Virus record (IMG/VR): IMGVR_UViG_3300010885_067605
DNA length: 64,000 bases
From: an uncultured virus (IMG/VR IMGVR_UViG_3300010885_067605)
Lineage: Duplodnaviria > Heunggongvirae > Uroviricota > Caudoviricetes
Reading direction: 5' to 3' (one strand)
Within the stretch, counting starts at the first letter, position 1; each line of letters starts with the position of its first letter. Below the pieces are notes generated by a model that saw nothing but the letters and a program-made list of their open reading frames with translations, ran no database searches and was not told the origin of the DNA. The translations under genes were made by a program, and so were the position numbers. Of the stretch, positions 49,523 to 59,287 are shown piece after piece.

Positions 49523-51940
49523 CTATTGGCTGACTTTTTGCCAGTATGCTACTACTACGCCAGGTTGTTTGTGGGATATAACTTTACAATATAAAATATT
49601 AGTATTAGCATTGTAATAATACTTACCTCGGTAAGTCGCAGCGTCTGGTTCAAAAGCTGTTGGCTCTATTATCTGTGCTCCCGATAATTCTAACATTCTT
49701 GCCGAAGCATGTCCTGTATTGAATTTACCACGTCTGCGGTTGAGCATTACCATGAACATAGCTTCATCAGATAATTTACGGGCCTCTGCAAGACTAGATC
49801 CCGATGATATGCCGATAGCATTTATCCCTCGAGATCCGTGAATATCGACTATAGTATATGAATCACTATTTCCTACAGATTTAGCTATAGCTTTTGAGAT
49901 CGCTACGACATAACTGTAACCCTGAATATTACCATTGGCGAGGTTTAAACTTTTCCCGTCAGCAATGATGCTACTAGAACCATTTGACGAGCCAGCGGCT
50001 CTTTTTCCTATCGAACCAAGACTATCAGCCTGGCTCTCAGCTGATACATAGCCTGATGCACTAAATAAGCTTCTTCCTTCTCCAATGACGGTACTACTAT
50101 TATCTATATTGGCTTCTACTTTATTGGTCGACTTGCTATCTGCAGTGGATAAGCTGGCTGATATGGCCGTACCAGTACTCTTGATAGTAGGGGCACTGAC
50201 ACCAACTATATCGCTGGTGGCAGAACTTATTGCTACTGCCTGGTATAAAGCTATCAGATCAGCGGTAACTGTGCTTGTGGCTATTGCGGAAGCGATAGCG
50301 ACATATCCACTTTGTAGAACAGCTAAACCAGAACTGTAACCTTCGGATAACCCCACTGAAAATATAGCAGATAGGCCTATAGCCATCACCGTACTAGTGC
50401 TGTCAGCCTGACCGTTACTGGCAGCGTAAGATGTGCCAACGGCCGAAGATAAACCTGTACCTGTAGACACTCCGAATGCGTACTGGTTATAACGAATAAC
50501 ACCGGTAGACGTACTGACCCCTGCAGAAGACCCTACTGCCTTAAAAAGGCACCTCGACATCGAATATACGTCACTAGTACCGTCTGATACGCCTATCGCT
50601 GAAATCGCTCTTTTGAAGGCAGAGGCAGCGGTAGTAGTGGATCTACTAACTGTCCAACCTATCGCAGACCTTGTAGGCATCTGGGGTGTTAACCCAGTAT
50701 CGACAAAGTATATCTTAGCACTTCCGCTATCTTGCCCCGCGGTGTCTACTCCGGGTGTTCCTACTGCTACCCGGTCACCGAACATATTAATACTAACCCA
50801 GTATTGGTCCTTAGACCCGGCTGCTGCATAGTCGTTAGGATTGGCTCCTATTATATCAGACCCCAATTGCTCCCATGTGATCCCCAGACCAAGTGGTCCA
50901 CCCGTACCAACTGCCTTATAAATTCTCATACCGCCGTTGCCGCTAGCTCCTTGGCGGTATGTAAAAGCTAACCTATCACCGTTACTATTAAGGCTCGCAC
51001 TTGTTACTGATTCTAGCACATTTTTACTAAGCACAGCAGCATCTCTGTCCTGCTTGCTATTAGTCCAAAAGACTGGACGAAAAAGATCGGTTGGTGAACC
51101 AGGTGCAGGAAGATATACAGCATCATAAATTTGGATCAATGGCTTATTAGTGCCGGTGTCTTCCGCTTTATATGACATCCCAATCGCTATGCGATTACCT
51201 TTACTGTTTAAGCTAATACTAGTAATCCCTAACAGATATGGTTCGAAAGTTGAAGCGTAATCAGATATTATGCTTGTGTAACCATATGATTCATCGTATT
51301 CATTACTATCAATACTACGATAAACTAAATTTACAATATTACCGCCAAATGATGTGGCTACCATGTTGCCAGCGTGATTAGTACTGATAAGTGTCGTGTA
51401 TATATTCAATGCACTAGCAACGAACTCATACCAATCACCTATAGCTGGACTATATTTAAATGTTCTTAAAGTATTATTAAAGTTGACTATTACTATATCG
51501 CCCACTCCGTTTAAATCAAAAGCAAGTGAATAGTTGACATGACTGCCATTAAGATTTTGATATGATAGTCGATAAAATGGTTGACCTAATACGTTCCAAG
51601 ATGTACCATCATAAGCATAAATAATAATATTATCATTGCTTGGATCATTATTATAAAATCCATTTTGTCCTTGATTAGCATCATAACTGGCTACTGCTAA
51701 TGTATCACCAGATTTGTTTAAACGTACAATTATGGCTAAATTATTCAGGGAACTAACAGTTATATCCTGACCGATTTTTACCCAGTTATTGCCGGTGTAC
51801 TTGTATACCCTAACTAATCTCGATCCGGGCATGGCTACAGCTACGATATCACCAGCCCCGTTAATGCTTACACTGTCGCCTGCCTTATCTGCAGCTAAGC
51901 CACCGTTTATATTCTGGCCTATTTGGGTAATATTAGCCAC
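49523..51940 (-). CDS. tail fibre/adhesin: N-terminal beta-propeller repeats plus S/A/G-rich stalk
   Basis: repeated S-(L/I)-N-x-x-G-D-x-x-A blades, WxQ(L/I)GxDI; ~20-aa Ser/Ala/Gly repeats. Confidence 0.75.
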   Translation of the reverse strand: MANITQIGQNINGGLAADKAGDSVSINGAGDIVAVAMPGSRLVRVYKYTGNNWVKIGQDITVSSLNNLAIIVRLNKSGDTLAVASYDANQGQNGFYNNDPSNDNIIIYAYDGTSWNVLGQPFYRLSYQNLNGSHVNYSLAFDLNGVGDIVIVNFNNTLRTFKYSPAIGDWYEFVASALNIYTTLISTNHAGNMVATSFGGNIVNLVYRSIDSNEYDESYGYTSIISDYASTFEPYLLGITSISLNSKGNRIAIGMSYKAEDTGTNKPLIQIYDAVYLPAPGSPTDLFRPVFWTNSKQDRDAAVLSKNVLESVTSASLNSNGDRLAFTYRQGASGNGGMRIYKAVGTGGPLGLGITWEQLGSDIIGANPNDYAAAGSKDQYWVSINMFGDRVAVGTPGVDTAGQDSGSAKIYFVDTGLTPQMPTRSAIGWTVSRSTTTAASAFKRAISAIGVSDGTSDVYSMSRCLFKAVGSSAGVSTSTGVIRYNQYAFGVSTGTGLSSAVGTSYAASNGQADSTSTVMAIGLSAIFSVGLSEGYSSGLAVLQSGYVAIASAIATSTVTADLIALYQAVAISSATSDIVGVSAPTIKSTGTAISASLSTADSKSTNKVEANIDNSSTVIGEGRSLFSASGYVSAESQADSLGSIGKRAAGSSNGSSSIIADGKSLNLANGNIQGYSYVVAISKAIAKSVGNSDSYTIVDIHGSRGINAIGISSGSSLAEARKLSDEAMFMVMLNRRRGKFNTGHASARMLELSGAQIIEPTAFEPDAATYRGKYYYNANTNILYCKVISHKQPGVVVAYWQKVSQ

Positions 51941-52011
51941 GACGCATCCTTTGGTTGATGAAATTAACGTTATTATATATTCGTTTTAGATCTATACCGT
52001 TATTAACTAAC

Positions 52012-52221
52012 TTATTTTGACCTTATCCTGGTCTTGCCTATCTTTAATTTAGATGATAATATATATACCAAGTGGCCATACATATTTTTATCACGTTCAT
52101 ATATAAATATTTCATTGCCTAATCTATATGTGACACATTCCCCCTTATTTATAGACATAGAGCCATCGAGTGGACCGCCTATGGTTTCAATCGTCCTCTG
52201 AGGTTTTTTCCGTCTTTTCAT
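52012..52221 (-). CDS. small GGPxDG-motif protein
   Basis: IETIGGPLDG; similar to 55562..55792. Confidence 0.6.
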   Translation of the reverse strand: MKRRKKPQRTIETIGGPLDGSMSINKGECVTYRLGNEIFIYERDKNMYGHLVYILSSKLKIGKTRIRSK

Positions 52222-52653
52222 TTAGTCTTCAGTGACTGCTGACGAAGTGGTCAATATCGGCGTTACACCACTAACAACAGCGATATTAGGGGTGACGGTA
52301 CCAGCATATAGTAGGTATCCGCTACCTGAACTGCTTAACCCAATAGCCCAATGTGTAACGGTGTTGGTGCCTCCAGTGCATTCTGGGAACACTATATTAG
52401 CTGCTGGCGACACTGAACTACCAGTTACAGTCCAACCACTAGCACTTCTGACCACTGCTACACGTGCATAACCGGTATAATTACACTCACTTGTAGATTG
52501 GACGCCAGTCTCACCAGGGTCTGCTGTGTGTAAGCTGACATACAGATTAGTAGCGGGGCTAGCTGAGGCATTGTTTGCCACATTAGCGATAGTAGTTGCG
52601 TTGAATATTAACTTCAATATGTCATTCTCGAAAGTATTGCTTTTACCTGGCAT
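52222..52653 (-). CDS. phage tail-associated structural protein
   Basis: KSNTFENDILKLIFN, LYVSLHTADPGE, YTGYARVAV, IVFP, VTHWAI; GAGG RBS. Confidence 0.8.
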   Translation of the reverse strand: MPGKSNTFENDILKLIFNATTIANVANNASASPATNLYVSLHTADPGETGVQSTSECNYTGYARVAVVRSASGWTVTGSSVSPAANIVFPECTGGTNTVTHWAIGLSSSGSGYLLYAGTVTPNIAVVSGVTPILTTSSAVTED

Positions 52654-52779
52654 CGAAAGATCCTCTGATTGGGGTGGTTTGTCTGCTTTAAGTTTGACCA
52701 GCGGCAATATCTACTCATTAGCCAGTCAATGATGTACGTATTTGAAATACGGATTTGCATGTAGGCGAAAATAAATACC

Positions 52780-52971
52780 ATGACCCCTAAGATGGAATCT
52801 TATAGTAAGGAAAAATATCGCGATGTTCTTTTGTCATTCGTTTAGTAGATATGCTGATTTAAGTGACGAGGTCAAAATAGTAGTATCATTAATGGTAATG
52901 ATGCTGACCAAGATGAGATAGAAGCTGCTCTCATCACGTTAACAGAAGCACTGTATCCATATAAGAATTAA
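52780..52971 (+). pseudogene. possible frameshifted small gene
   Basis: ATG..TTC GTT TAG, then protein-like reading continues in other frames to TAA 52971. Confidence 0.3.
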
Positions 52972-53145
52972 CTGGTATTGCTGGTATTGTAACAGATAGA
53001 TAACGCATCATAATCGATACTAATGGGATATCCCCTCGATCTAAAATCTATTTGGTATGTCCATATAGGATATATTACACATAGATATTTTCCGTATCCA
53101 CGTGTTGTGGTTGTTGGTGGTCTTTTTTTACTATAGGGAGAAGCG

Positions 53146-53475
53146 ATGCAGCGTCCTACGTTTAACGTGACTGAATTCCAGGATGTGGTCAATGTCCAGA
53201 TGAATGATGCTATGCGTCACATGTTGATCGAGTTCATTAGCGAGGTAGAGCCTAATGAATTAGAGGCAGAGTTGCGGGCCTTCCGTAACGCCCTGCGTGA
53301 CCCTGAAGGGGCACTCGAGCGTAAGTTGAAGTCTACTAGTACGTCACGACGTCGCAGTGGTGGGTACCGAGAAGATTACGTGACTCGGCCCCCGGCACCG
53401 GGGCTCACCCACCGAAATTACCGCGACCAGCCTCAGGCCGATTACCGTGATCAGCCTGAACACAATGATGAGTAA
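53146..53475 (+). CDS. hypothetical protein
   Basis: GGGAG RBS; C-terminal YRDQP duplicated. Confidence 0.75.
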   Translation: MQRPTFNVTEFQDVVNVQMNDAMRHMLIEFISEVEPNELEAELRAFRNALRDPEGALERKLKSTSTSRRRSGGYREDYVTRPPAPGLTHRNYRDQPQADYRDQPEHNDE

Positions 53476-53556
53476 ACTACTGTATAGATAGTCAGAGACG
53501 ACATATAGTTGCCATGGATGGCATGGGGTATATCAAATATATAATCAGGAGAGATT

Positions 53557-54117
53557 ATGTACTTGATAACAGAAAGACCATGGACTACTATCCAGGTAGC
53601 CTTTTTAGCCCGCCTAAAAGGCGAATATACAAGGCCTATCATCGGTTCGATGGTAGATTTCCGTATAGAGGATATAATACCCAAGTCACAGGGTGATCTA
53701 AGGTCCGCTAATCTGATAGGGAGGTTACCAGATATCCATTCTGCCGGGCAGTTGGGTATGTATTTCTCGTCGATTTATAATGATGTCGAGATAGTCGATA
53801 GTAGCACAGCTAATAAATATATCCGATCAGGTGACTTCATTATACTACCAGATAGTCCATCTTCGAGTTATTGGAGGTATACCAAAGCTCCATGGTGGGA
53901 GTTCGTAGTAGTATTGGATGAATATCAAGGCTACATCAAGGCACCAAGAAAAGGAAAGGTACGTGACGGAGAGCCTACTCCAGAACTAGCCGACGAGATG
54001 ATAGATGTATATCCCGCAAACCGGGATAAGCTTAAAGTCTTGGCTCCCTCGACTATCGATAAGATGAATAACGGTAACATGAGGGAATCATATATCAGGA
54101 TCTTGAATAGGATCTAA
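53557..54117 (+). CDS. hypothetical protein
   Basis: AGGAG RBS, 186 aa. Confidence 0.7.
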   Translation: MYLITERPWTTIQVAFLARLKGEYTRPIIGSMVDFRIEDIIPKSQGDLRSANLIGRLPDIHSAGQLGMYFSSIYNDVEIVDSSTANKYIRSGDFIILPDSPSSSYWRYTKAPWWEFVVVLDEYQGYIKAPRKGKVRDGEPTPELADEMIDVYPANRDKLKVLAPSTIDKMNNGNMRESYIRILNRI

Positions 54118-54315
54118 TTTTTCACGATCAATATCGATGAATATATTTTTGGCTGTTCTAACTATCAAAGCGGCATCATACCATGTCAAGTTCAATTTAG
54201 GATCAGCTGCCTGCTTGCACAATAGCTGAGTTAAAGATGCTCTTGATTGGTAATCAAAACAATAAACGTATCTGTCTGGGCCTTTACAGTAAACGATGTA
54301 ACGGCGGTTGCACAT
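54088..54315 (-). CDS. small protein resembling a Planctomycetota conserved hypothetical family
   Basis: KG.DRYVY.FD..SR...Q....AADP.LNLTWYDAA; GGAG RBS before ATG 54315. Confidence 0.65.
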   Translation of the reverse strand: MCNRRYIVYCKGPDRYVYCFDYQSRASLTQLLCKQAADPKLNLTWYDAALIVRTAKNIFIDIDREKLDPIQDPDI

Positions 54316-54334
54316 GTCGATCTCCGATAAGTCG

Positions 54335-54561
54335 AAGGGCACAACAGGTGTTGTGCCCTTGGGAAGCTATTGCTTAAATTGCGGCTGGGTTACCAGCATC
54401 TCTTCTTAACCAAGAATCTTTAGTTAGACCACGCAATTCCACCCTCAGTGAGGGTTAGGTTTGGTGAAACACCAGCAATTCAGCAACACTACCGTACTGT
54501 CTAGATACCGTTGGGATCGATTGATTGATCCGAAGTACAGTCAGTGATGCCTCAAGCCTCC
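54335..54561 (-). ncRNA. putative ~200-nt structured RNA plus 3' 11-bp hairpin
   Basis: 5'/3' closing stem, at least 8 nested helices, G-U pairs favour the minus strand, TAAATATA immediately upstream, no ORF. Confidence 0.7.
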
Positions 54562-54625
54562 ATCTTATATTTATGTCGAAGATTTTAAAATTTTAAGACT
54601 ACTCATGATTAGATTCACATTATGG

Positions 54626-54633
54626 CAAATATA
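54626..54633 (+). promoter_or_regulatory. putative late promoter CAAATATA
   Basis: recurring motif upstream of 54668. Confidence 0.5.
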
Positions 54634-54667
54634 ATTTAACAAGATAGATTTTTTAAAAGGTAATACT

Positions 54668-55510
54668 ATGGATACCCAATCTAGAGATCCATTTAAGGCT
54701 CAGATGGACAAGGATCTTAGGAATGTACCATTCGGCACATATCCAGAAGAACATGTAATTGAGCAACTAACACAAACAGCTATCGCTGCATCGATAGATA
54801 GTAATTCCTCTTATGCAGTGGCATCAGTATTGGATGTACATTATAAACCATTTAAACAGTACGCCGCCTATATAAGAGGTAATAATCTTTACTTAGTTAT
54901 ACCGTCGACACTAGTAAGACAGGTACGTAGCACGAGTGGCATAGTCTACTCCATCACCAACGAGAAAGGCGTAGTGACCTATCGTCGTGGTGCGTCTACT
55001 AAAACAGGTGGAGCTATGAACAAAGTAGCTGAGGATATTGGAATAATAGCAAATATAATCACTGAAGACATAAAAGATAGAAATGGTATATGTGATCCTA
55101 ATGATACTATTTCAGAGGTCTTGCGGAGACGCCCCAGATCTAATAGTGGCTTAGATGGTTATGACGGTCGTTACGAAAACGCTCCGGAAGATGAATCGGA
55201 CACATCCTACATATCATTTACCACAGTTTTGGGCGAGGATCCTAAAGATGGTGAGCCCTTTTGCATAGAGGTAGATTACAGATTTGGTGAATGGCAGCCA
55301 CACGAGGGAACACGTGGTCATAAGGCCACTTTGTGGGTCTTAAGGAATGGGCAGATCGTAGATGAATATAAGGATCCAGGTAAAGACTTGGTCAACGTAC
55401 CTGAGCCAATCCGGGGCCAGGCCTTGGCGTGGATAGAAAACCAATTAGAGGACAAGGTGCATAGATATCAGCTTGAAGATCCGAGAGATAATTACGGCGA
55501 AGACTACTGA
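54668..55510 (+). CDS. hypothetical protein
   Basis: 280 aa, internal IANIITED motif. Confidence 0.7.
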   Translation: MDTQSRDPFKAQMDKDLRNVPFGTYPEEHVIEQLTQTAIAASIDSNSSYAVASVLDVHYKPFKQYAAYIRGNNLYLVIPSTLVRQVRSTSGIVYSITNEKGVVTYRRGASTKTGGAMNKVAEDIGIIANIITEDIKDRNGICDPNDTISEVLRRRPRSNSGLDGYDGRYENAPEDESDTSYISFTTVLGEDPKDGEPFCIEVDYRFGEWQPHEGTRGHKATLWVLRNGQIVDEYKDPGKDLVNVPEPIRGQALAWIENQLEDKVHRYQLEDPRDNYGEDY

Positions 55511-55561
55511 CCAGTGGGACATTGGATATAAGTCCCGTCTATGTGGGGCTGCGTCAGTCGG

Positions 55562-55792
55562 TTATGACGATTCGTCGGCCGAGTCTGGCATGGTGGCAGT
55601 GTTCGTGTATCGGAATACTTGTTCTAGCCCATCGAAATCTACCGCGTAGACGTGAAAATGGTTGCCGACTTTGTGGACAAACTGTTCACTAGTGTTGTAC
55701 GCTAACTTTCCGTTGAGAGGGCCGCCAATACACCGCCAATGTGGCGGAGATTTTTCCGATAACATGTGGAGACGGTTTACTGGTTCGACCAT
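55562..55792 (-). CDS. small GGPxNG-motif protein
   Basis: GAGG RBS, CIGGPLNG. Confidence 0.65.
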   Translation of the reverse strand: MVEPVNRLHMLSEKSPPHWRCIGGPLNGKLAYNTSEQFVHKVGNHFHVYAVDFDGLEQVFRYTNTATMPDSADESS

Positions 55793-55911
55793 AGTGTATG
55801 TCCTCGAGGGCTAATGTAATCCACAGATCGACCTATTACTTACGTATCTGGTTATCGATTCATCAAAGTATACTATCAGTGTATTTAATATATAACTAAC
55901 AAACTAATCAT

Positions 55912-56169
55912 ATGACCAGCTTCAATCTAGAAATGCTTAAGGAATAAAATATTTTACCAAAGTTCATCCCATATTGTGTTCATGAAGAACAAGATGACAC
56001 CTTGACAGGATATTTAATGGATGTCGCTTATCATTCCCAGAGGTTATCTGACCGCCTAACTATTTTTATAGCAGAGGAATCAGATACGATTGTCGGGTTC
56101 CGAGTGAAGCAGTTCTCAGAAATCATTTCGCAGATTCCTCAAGATCTAGACTTTAGAACGGGCTATTGA
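55912..56169 (+). pseudogene. DUF2283-like gene interrupted by an in-frame TAA
   Basis: TAA at 55945-55947 (codon 12); frame continues FIPY..DDTLTGY..RLSDRLTIF..IVGFRVK to TGA 56169. Confidence 0.55.
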
Positions 56170-56216
56170 CATTATATTAGAAACCGAGTCCAGACGAGAC
56201 GAAAGTTAATTAAGGA

Positions 56217-56768
56217 GTGACTATGTCTAAACCTAAGCCAGTTAATTGGGAACTGATTAAAGTTAATCGTGACAGCCCCCATGAATGCTTGTACGAATTC
56301 GTGGTTCAGATAATAAATCAGTATCATGATAGGTTAAATAATCTGATAGTGGTGTTGATGTGGAGGTATAATGTAAGGCCAGACCCAGATGGATATATGT
56401 TACTCGCTGATATAACCAAATCATCGGACAAGATGCGAGAGTTATTTGAGCACGATGTAGTAATTGGCATCAATAAGCAAGCGTGGCAGTTACTGTCTGA
56501 TAAGCAGAAAAGATTATTAATAGACACGCAACTCGAACGGGTTGTAGTATGTTTAGATAAAGATGGTAAGCCCAAAGAAGACGATCGTTCTCGTCTGATA
56601 TACAGACTAAAGAGAATGGAAGTCATAGATGAAAGGATAATGTTAGATAGACATAATACCACTATGGACAAAGTTCATGAGTATGTATATAATAAGATGA
56701 ATGGTCAATTTGAAACAGGTAGTTATGCTGATAAGATATTTGGGGGAGAAGGTACTCCACCGTCTTAA
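56217..56768 (+). CDS. phage metallopeptidase-like protein with degenerate active site
   Basis: DVVIGIN..WQLLSDKQKRLLIDTQLER at the position of the usual DHELxH. Confidence 0.6.
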   Translation: MTMSKPKPVNWELIKVNRDSPHECLYEFVVQIINQYHDRLNNLIVVLMWRYNVRPDPDGYMLLADITKSSDKMRELFEHDVVIGINKQAWQLLSDKQKRLLIDTQLERVVVCLDKDGKPKEDDRSRLIYRLKRMEVIDERIMLDRHNTTMDKVHEYVYNKMNGQFETGSYADKIFGGEGTPPS

Positions 56769-56808
56769 TAGCATAAAGAGACACTTCAACAATTGGAGTC
56801 GAAACGCG

Positions 56809-57069
56809 ATGAGTAATAATGAGAAGATATTGGTGGAGCAAGAAACGGCAGCTGGAGATGGATACGCTAGTATGTTTGCCCAAGCTACAGCTGAAAAGTT
56901 TAAGGCATTAGCTAGTTTAAGATTGCTAATGCAACATCCAGCTGGTATAGGTGACCACTCTACAGCTGATTATCACAGAAATTTGGACGAGGCTTTGGTT
57001 CAGCTGGTTGATGCGGACGACAAATTAGCGACTTTAGAAAAATACTTCAGAGTCATAACCTCGACTTGA
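56809..57069 (+). CDS. conserved small phage protein
   Basis: HPAGIGDH..LDEAL..DDKL..LEKYF motif; GGAG RBS. Confidence 0.7.
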   Translation: MSNNEKILVEQETAAGDGYASMFAQATAEKFKALASLRLLMQHPAGIGDHSTADYHRNLDEALVQLVDADDKLATLEKYFRVITST

Positions 57070-57086
57070 ATAAACCTGGAGGTTAG

Positions 57087-58103
57087 ATGTTAGACCCAGC
57101 ATGCGAAGGGCCATTGGTAGACACAGAGAGACTCAAGTCTATAATTGGCCGTCTTGAACATACATTAGCTGAATTGAAGGATTTAGCTAATCTTTCTGCT
57201 GTAGTGAAGCCTAACCAGTCGAAGTCTACCAACGCCAAATTACCCAATTTATCAGCCTTTAGTGTGTCCTCTGCACAGCTAGGTCCTATACCTGATTATA
57301 CATCCGCAGAATGGCCAGAAGCTATAGATGAGGCCATGATTATCGACAAGAATAGTAAAGCAGAACAAAAATATAGAGCTTTGCAAATAATTAATCATAT
57401 TAAAGAAACAGTAAGAAATAAGAAGATATTGGATTTTGGGTGTGGTAATGGATATGTAGCAGCTGAAGCTGCATTTACAGCTAGATTAGTAGTTGGTTAT
57501 GACGTCCGAAAAGATCCTATGTGGGACAATCATGGGTATTTGCCCGATATTGCGAGTAGTGGAAGGTTAACTAACCAACCATATACACTTGATTTAACTA
57601 CAGACATAAATAAGCTAAAAGAACATGCCCCATTCGACCTTATCATATTATATGATGTATTGGATCATGTAGTAGCGTCTACACCTCTAGAGGTGATCAA
57701 GACGGTAAGGAGTCTATTAGCTGATGATGGATGTATATTTATCCGGACTCATCCATGGACTAGTAGAACCGGTGGCCACATTTACGAGCAGTATAATAAA
57801 GCATATTTGCATTTGGCTTTAACACCAGATGAGATGGTTAAAGTAGGCATAGATGTTGATGCTAATAGTAAGATCGTCAGACCTATAGCAGCGTATGAAC
57901 TATGGTTTAAAGAGGCCGGTTTGACAGTGACCGATAGAAAAGCTAAGACAAATATGGTCGAACCATTCTTTGATGGCTCATTATTAGATAGAATCATTAA
58001 AATAAATTGGGGTAATAAAATAGATCGTGACACAGCACGAAAAATCATGAGTAATCATTTAATAGATTATAAGCTCAAGATCGGCCCGAATCAAATCGGG
58101 TGA
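57087..58103 (+). CDS. class I SAM-dependent methyltransferase (paralog of 39269..40132)
   Basis: ILDFGCGNG, YDVLDHV, HPWTSRTGGH. Confidence 0.9.
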   Translation: MLDPACEGPLVDTERLKSIIGRLEHTLAELKDLANLSAVVKPNQSKSTNAKLPNLSAFSVSSAQLGPIPDYTSAEWPEAIDEAMIIDKNSKAEQKYRALQIINHIKETVRNKKILDFGCGNGYVAAEAAFTARLVVGYDVRKDPMWDNHGYLPDIASSGRLTNQPYTLDLTTDINKLKEHAPFDLIILYDVLDHVVASTPLEVIKTVRSLLADDGCIFIRTHPWTSRTGGHIYEQYNKAYLHLALTPDEMVKVGIDVDANSKIVRPIAAYELWFKEAGLTVTDRKAKTNMVEPFFDGSLLDRIIKINWGNKIDRDTARKIMSNHLIDYKLKIGPNQIG

Positions 58104-58167
58104 TATAATATTGATCTGGATTTAATGTCGATCGTTAGGGCCTCCCTTTCACTGAGGAGAATGTACG

Positions 58168-58383
58168 ATGGATACACGAGACGGAAGTATCCGGCCTCTG
58201 CGAGCAATCGAAGAGGCTGATGAGATAGACAGGCCATATATGCGAGAGATGGCTCACGCCCCAACGCCTTTACAGCGCGAAAGCGGGCGAGTTAAAAGAA
58301 ATGACTCATGCCCTTGCGGCTCACGAAAGAAGTTTAAACGATGCTGCTTGTTTACGAAAAACCAGCAGGCTTCGTTTAAGTAA
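58168..58383 (+). CDS. SEC-C motif protein
   Basis: VKRNDSCPCGSRKKFKRCC. Confidence 0.85.
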   Translation: MDTRDGSIRPLRAIEEADEIDRPYMREMAHAPTPLQRESGRVKRNDSCPCGSRKKFKRCCLFTKNQQASFK

Positions 58384-58420
58384 ATCGTGATTCAGTTGGG
58401 TACAAGATTTACTTATTGAG

Positions 58421-58648
58421 GTGTCTATGTCGAATCAGTTTTTAATATGTTCATTCGTTACTGGCTTAGCTTGTGTCTTCAGTAGTGCCATCTTGTGCTA
58501 CAACAATCGATCAGATTGGTATTGGTTTTTATTGGCGGGCGTGATGATCCATTTTAGTACAATGAGTTTGCATATATCCAGTGAATTAATCCCACTCTTA
58601 CAACCGTTCGTGAATCATAAGATGCAGGCAGAAGTAGAAGTGAAATAG
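58421..58648 (+). CDS. small two-TM membrane protein
   Basis: GAGGTG RBS, two hydrophobic segments. Confidence 0.6.
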   Translation: MSMSNQFLICSFVTGLACVFSSAILCYNNRSDWYWFLLAGVMIHFSTMSLHISSELIPLLQPFVNHKMQAEVEVK

Positions 58649-58703
58649 CTGGTGGAATTCACCATAAATAGAGTACTGCAACAGGATAATATTCTGTAGT
58701 CCC

Positions 58704-58955
58704 ATGGCTAAGAAAAGAAGCAAAAAGGTCGTACGTCATACGTCGCCTAAGAAATGTAAACAATGTGGTGTGAATCCATGTGCGGAATTGTGGGCTATAT
58801 GTGATTCATGTGCTAAGAAAAATATCGAGTATGAAAAGCAGATAGACAAAAATAGGTGTTCTTCTATGACCCGATGGCCAGAGATCAATATCTTGAGCGG
58901 CCTTCCTTTGAGGCGACCGCGTGGCAAGAATAGAAACGGAGAGACCGCTGGATGA
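58704..58955 (+). CDS. small basic Cys-rich (zinc-finger-like) protein
   Basis: CxxC...CxxC; coupled to the next gene. Confidence 0.6.
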   Translation: MAKKRSKKVVRHTSPKKCKQCGVNPCAELWAICDSCAKKNIEYEKQIDKNRCSSMTRWPEINILSGLPLRRPRGKNRNGETAG

Positions 58956-59287
58956 ATACTATTATTCCATATTGGGATAATGATAGTGGTACCTGGGTAT
59001 TCGATGAACCTAACGTAGGACTGATCAAGGAACCATTCGTATTGGGCATACCGGAGATGATCGAGGAATTAGTTAAGGACATACCTGATGCGAAAGATGG
59101 GTTTAAGCTAAGCTTTTCTTCTAGTTCTATATCTGACCGGGACTACGTGCTTTCTAAGCTCCAAGCTGATATGGGTGGTTGGTGGTATCAAGATAAGGCT
59201 GGTCGTAAAGGTTGGTTGTGCCCAGCGATGTTTCTATTCTTTACTGAAGCACCAGAACTCATACATGTCAAGGTAGACACACTATGA
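58952..59287 (+). CDS. DUF6717-like protein
   Basis: IIPY..TWVFD...GL.KEPFV.G..GWLCPA. Confidence 0.75.
   Translation: MNTIIPYWDNDSGTWVFDEPNVGLIKEPFVLGIPEMIEELVKDIPDAKDGFKLSFSSSSISDRDYVLSKLQADMGGWWYQDKAGRKGWLCPAMFLFFTEAPELIHVKVDTL

Noticed and set aside
54335..54561. tmRNA, RNase P, SRP or group I intron identity for the structured RNA
   Set aside because: No T-arm/CCA end, no GAGGAAAGUCC, no SRP helix-8 motif, and no group I R/S elements.
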